Assembly (NCBI GenBank): GCA_910586745.1
Contig: CAJUJZ010000001.1
Span: forward strand, 1-51,835
Direction: 5' to 3'
Length of the DNA: 51,835 bases
DNA from: an uncultured Mucispirillum sp.
Lineage (GTDB): Bacteria > Chrysiogenota > Deferribacteres > Deferribacterales > Mucispirillaceae
The position numbers and the translations under genes are program-made. Of this stretch, positions 48,507 to 51,835 are shown in pieces. Positions within the stretch are counted from its first letter, which is position 1. Every line of letters starts with the position of its first letter. The notes below the pieces were generated by a model. That model was not told the DNA's origin. It ran no database searches and was given only the letters and a program-made list of their open reading frames with translations.

Positions 48507-49724
48507 TTATATTTTTCTATATTTTTTTAATTTCCTAGCAACAAAATAAAGTATAGATAAAAATACTACGGCTGTAAATATCCATTTAATAATACTTAAA
48601 GGATAATTTACTAATACCTGTGGCATATTAGGGCACAGCCCCCCCCCATCATTAGTTCTGATTACTGGATTAAAATAAGCTATTGAGCCATTGTCAAAAT
48701 AAACTGTTGCTCTAACATAGCTGTTATTATCTGCAATATTATATGAGCTTTCAGAAACATTGTAATATTCAGCCATAACTTTACCATTATCTGCAGAGAA
48801 AACAATTTTATCAACCATTCTATTTAATTTAATATTTAAAGTATTATCATCAACCTGCATAGATAAAAGTTGTGGATGAGTATCTAAAACTTTTACTTTT
48901 TCGCTTCTATCAAGCACAGCAATCGTATGTGGAACAGTTATGCCGTAAACTGCTCCACTTTTTAATGTGTCATATAATTTATCAGATTCTGTTTCCGGGT
49001 TTAATGGTATCATAGTAATATTTCTGCCAATATCTGTGTTTTTAAATACATTGTGGGTGTCATCACTTGCCAGTAAAAAAGCAGGTCTGCCGCTTGAAAG
49101 AGCAGTGTCCCAGTGGGAAACAGAGTGAGCAAATGTATTTACTACTTCCATTAAGTCATAGCCTGTAAGCTTCGTCATATATTCTACTTCTATACCATTT
49201 AAAAATGCAGGGTGAGCAAGAGTAACTATATCGTTATAAGGCTTAACTCTGTTAATGCGGTATTGTATCGTGTTTGGTCCCTGCCATAGTGGCTGGTCAA
49301 AATATTCTTTTCTTTTAGTGCCTATAAGCAGCATATGAGTTTTGAAAATATTTACACCATATTCTTGAGCAGGTACATAAGGAAAATCATAATATGGCGG
49401 CTTGCTTGTAATGTTATGATAGTTGGAAACTGTTGCAAAACCGTATTCTAAATCACGGTATGCTTTAAATACATCTTCTTCATTGTTTGCTCTGCCATTA
49501 GTCAGCCCGCCACCAAGCCTTGAATGCCCGTGAAAGTTTGCACGATAGTAGTGGGTGTTATCATAATCTTTATAAGGGTTATAAAATTTGTTACCGCTAA
49601 AAGATAAGCTTTCAGGAAATTTATATACAGGAGTAATTCCCCATACAACAAAACATATTAATAATGCAAATGAAATAATGCTTGCAAGGGTATAGAGAAA
49701 ATATTTTAAAACTTTTAATACCAT
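48507..49724 (-). CDS. PHP-fold metallohydrolase with N- and C-terminal membrane anchors
   Basis: NFHGHS, SNYH, EYG...H, AHP, EVVN, SDDTH motifs; two hydrophobic termini. Confidence 0.75.
   Translation of the reverse strand: MVLKVLKYFLYTLASIISFALLICFVVWGITPVYKFPESLSFSGNKFYNPYKDYDNTHYYRANFHGHSRLGGGLTNGRANNEEDVFKAYRDLEYGFATVSNYHNITSKPPYYDFPYVPAQEYGVNIFKTHMLLIGTKRKEYFDQPLWQGPNTIQYRINRVKPYNDIVTLAHPAFLNGIEVEYMTKLTGYDLMEVVNTFAHSVSHWDTALSSGRPAFLLASDDTHNVFKNTDIGRNITMIPLNPETESDKLYDTLKSGAVYGITVPHTIAVLDRSEKVKVLDTHPQLLSMQVDDNTLNIKLNRMVDKIVFSADNGKVMAEYYNVSESSYNIADNNSYVRATVYFDNGSIAYFNPVIRTNDGGGLCPNMPQVLVNYPLSIIKWIFTAVVFLSILYFVARKLKKYRKI
48639..48647 (-). repeat. G9 homopolymer (C9 on + strand) inside PHP gene
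   Basis: GAT-GGG-GGG-GGG-CTG, in frame as assembled. Confidence 0.85.
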
Positions 49725-49749
49725 AACTTCTCCTTATGTTTATTGAAAC

Positions 49750-49778
49750 AGTCTATTGAAAAGACAGTATAAAGTCAA
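49750..49778 (-). promoter_or_regulatory. Putative sigma70 promoter of PHP gene
   Basis: TTGACT-17 bp-TAGACT, followed by AAGGAG RBS. Confidence 0.7.
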
Positions 49779-49804
49779 TAAAAGAATGATTCCATATTAA
49801 TATC

Positions 49805-49858
49805 TGTAAAATCTAAAAACGATTGCAACATTTTAAGCAGTCATTTTTAGATTTTACA
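49805..49858. repeat. Repeat family B, collapsed two-ended hairpin copy
   Basis: TGTAAAATCTAAAAACGATTGC-10 nt-GCAGTCATTTTTAGATTTTACA; first 36 nt nearly identical to 51754-51789. Confidence 0.88.
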
Positions 49859-49885
49859 ATTATGGTGCCAAATATAAAAAAATAC

Positions 49886-49914
49886 TTGACAATTCAAGGT
49901 GTTTTCATTAAAAA
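49886..49914 (+). promoter_or_regulatory. Putative sigma70 promoter of rpsB-tsf
   Basis: TTGACA-17 bp-TAAAAA. Confidence 0.6.
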
Positions 49915-49930
49915 TATACCTTGCGACTTA

Positions 49931-50000
49931 TCACACTGGCAAAATAAGAGCTCGGCGTGTTCCTTATATAATTAAGGTGCTTAATCTTATCAGTGGGAGA
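49931..50000 (+). promoter_or_regulatory. rpsB 5' leader (S2 autoregulatory/t44-like structure)
   Basis: TCACACTG/CAGTGGGA outer stem, ATAAGA/TCTTAT inner stem, position directly upstream of rpsB. Confidence 0.65.
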
Positions 50001-50021
50001 AAAAACTAAAGGAGATTTAAT

Positions 50022-50747
50022 ATGTCGTATATTTCTATGAAAAGCCTGTTAGAAGCAGGTGTTCACTTTGGTCACAGAACTAACCGCTGGAACCCTAAAA
50101 TGTCTAAATATGTTTTTGGTGCTAGAAATGGTATCTACATTCTTGACCTTCAAAAAACTGTTCAATGCTTTAATAACGCATTTGAATTTACAAGAGATAT
50201 GGCTAAACAAGGCTGCAGCTTTTTATTTGTAGGCACAAAAAAACAAGCTCAGGATGCTATTAAAGCAACTGCTGAGCAATGCGGTGCATACTACATTAAT
50301 AACCGCTGGTTAGGCGGCACTCTTACTAACTTTAATACTATTAAAGGCAGAGTTGCAAGACTTAAAGAATTAGAAGAAATGTTTGCTACTGATTTTATCA
50401 AACGCTTTACTAAAAAAGAAGCTGCTCTTCTTAAAAAAGAATATGATAAATTGGAAAAGAACTTAGGCGGTATCAAGGATATGAAAAATATTCCTGATGT
50501 TATGTTTATAGTTGATGTTAATATGGAACAAAATGCAGTGTTAGAAGCTCATAAATTAGGTATACCTATAGTTGCTATCGTTGACACTAACTGCGACCCA
50601 GAAATGGTTGACTTTCCTATCCCTGGTAATGATGATGCTATCAGAGCTTGCCAGCTTATCGCAGGCAGACTTGCTGATGCTATCAACGAAGGAAGGCAGT
50701 CAACAGAACCTGAACTTGATGATATACCAGAAGAAGAGGTGAAATAA
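50022..50747 (+). CDS. rpsB: 30S ribosomal protein S2
   Basis: [33 protein letters not shown]. Confidence 0.98.
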   Translation: MSYISMKSLLEAGVHFGHRTNRWNPKMSKYVFGARNGIYILDLQKTVQCFNNAFEFTRDMAKQGCSFLFVGTKKQAQDAIKATAEQCGAYYINNRWLGGTLTNFNTIKGRVARLKELEEMFATDFIKRFTKKEAALLKKEYDKLEKNLGGIKDMKNIPDVMFIVDVNMEQNAVLEAHKLGIPIVAIVDTNCDPEMVDFPIPGNDDAIRACQLIAGRLADAINEGRQSTEPELDDIPEEEVK

Positions 50748-51628
50748 TGGCTGAAATTACTGCATCACTTGTAAAAGAACTTCGTGAAAAAACTGGCGCA
50801 GGTATGATGGACTGCAAAAAAGCATTAGCAGAAACAGGCGGCGATTTAGAAAAAGCTGTTGATTTCCTCCGCACTAAAGGTTTGGCTGATGCTGCGAAAA
50901 AATCAAGCAGAGTTGCTGCTGAAGGTTTAGTTGTAACTTATATGTCTGATGATTTAAAAAATGGTGCTGTTGTTGAAGTAAACTGCGAAACAGACTTTGT
51001 TGCAAAAACTGATGATTTTATAAAATTTTCTAACGATATATGCAAACTTATTGCTGATAAAAAACCAGCTGATATGGATGCTTTAATGGCTCTTGACTAT
51101 GAAGGGGTTTCTGTTGAAAAAACTATCGCAGAAAAAGTTGCAAAGATTGGTGAAAATATAAAAGTTCGCCGTTTTGCTCAAATTGATACTGCTGGCAGAT
51201 TAGAAGCTTATATCCATGCAGGTGGTAAAATAGGTGTATTAGTTGAATTTGATAATGTATCAGACAGCGATAAAGAGATTGTTAGAGATGTTGCACTTCA
51301 TATTTGTGCTGCTAACCCACTTTGCGTAAGCGATAAAGATTTAGACCCAGCTGTTATTGAACATGAAAAAGCTATCTATATCCAAAAAGCTAAAGAAAGT
51401 GGTAAACCTGATAATATTGTTGAAAAAATAGTTGAAGGCCAGGTTAATAAATTTAAACAAGAATCCTGCCTTGTAAGCCAAAAGTTTGTTAAAAATCCAG
51501 ATGAGAGTATTGCTAAACTTTTAGGTGATAGAAAAGTTGTTCGCTTTACTAGATACCAGCTTGGCGAAGGTATTGAAAAGAAAAAAGAAGATTTTGCTGA
51601 AGAAGTTAGAAAACAGGCAGGTTTGTAA
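50747..51628 (+). CDS. tsf: Elongation factor Ts
   Basis: VKELREKTGAGMMDCKKAL, EVNCETDFVA. Confidence 0.98.
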   Translation: MAEITASLVKELREKTGAGMMDCKKALAETGGDLEKAVDFLRTKGLADAAKKSSRVAAEGLVVTYMSDDLKNGAVVEVNCETDFVAKTDDFIKFSNDICKLIADKKPADMDALMALDYEGVSVEKTIAEKVAKIGENIKVRRFAQIDTAGRLEAYIHAGGKIGVLVEFDNVSDSDKEIVRDVALHICAANPLCVSDKDLDPAVIEHEKAIYIQKAKESGKPDNIVEKIVEGQVNKFKQESCLVSQKFVKNPDESIAKLLGDRKVVRFTRYQLGEGIEKKKEDFAEEVRKQAGL

Positions 51629-51637
51629 AAAATATAC

Positions 51638-51660
51638 GGGAAGCATAAGCTTCCCTTTTT
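51638..51660 (+). terminator. Intrinsic terminator of rpsB-tsf
   Basis: GGGAAGC-ATAA-GCTTCCC-TTTTT. Confidence 0.9.
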
Positions 51661-51753
51661 AATACAAATTTTTATTTCATTGTTAAAAACACACCTTATA
51701 TTTTAGATAAACATATACAGATATCAAGCTTACAAACATATTTACTTGACTTT

Positions 51754-51835
51754 TGTAAAATCTAAAAACGATTGCAGCAGTTTAAGCAGAAGTTTTAAGT
51801 TCTCATAAAATATATCATTAGCCGATTTATAATTA
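51754..51835. repeat. Dispersed repeat family B, copy running off the window end
   Basis: Inverted match to 22-101. Confidence 0.92.

Noticed and set aside
1..51835. Whole window as a 52-kb transposon or linear replicon because its ends are 80-bp inverted repeats
   Set aside because: Content is core housekeeping and no transposase or replicase is present; the motif recurs internally, so the ends more likely mark assembly breaks at a multicopy repeat

Overview
AT-rich (roughly 30% GC by eye) bacterial chromosomal segment. Gene content and protein similarities suggest a gut Deferribacterota (Mucispirillum-like); this is inference. The backbone is housekeeping: lgt, rpmB, trmB, pyrH-frr-uppS-cdsA-dxr, lepA-lepB, cpoB, cheV, a flagellar-type sensor/sigma54 regulator pair, argS-SPOR, hemY and rpsB-tsf. 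Accessory parts are two restriction-modification insertions, a sigma54-driven atoSC/atoE-atoB-atoD-atoA-pta-ackA short-chain fatty acid cluster, and a hydrolase-DUF3015-DUF4105 trio. The most unusual signals are non-coding. (1) All four visible ends of one dispersed repeat sit 27-28 bp upstream of an outward-facing sigma70 -35 box. (2) A two-copy foldback element shows compensatory base changes, and its ends abut promoters, including that of pyrH, which is separated from rpsB-tsf. (3) Three G9 tracts look like phase-variation switches: one frameshifts atoS, one lies in a promoter spacer driving an unannotated 49-aa Asn/Gln-rich gene, and one precedes a C-terminal membrane anchor. (4) A 15-bp direct repeat brackets the DpnII island. 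No rRNA, tRNA, CRISPR array or transposase was seen. All alignments and counts were done by eye, and family names come from recalled motifs, not database searches.
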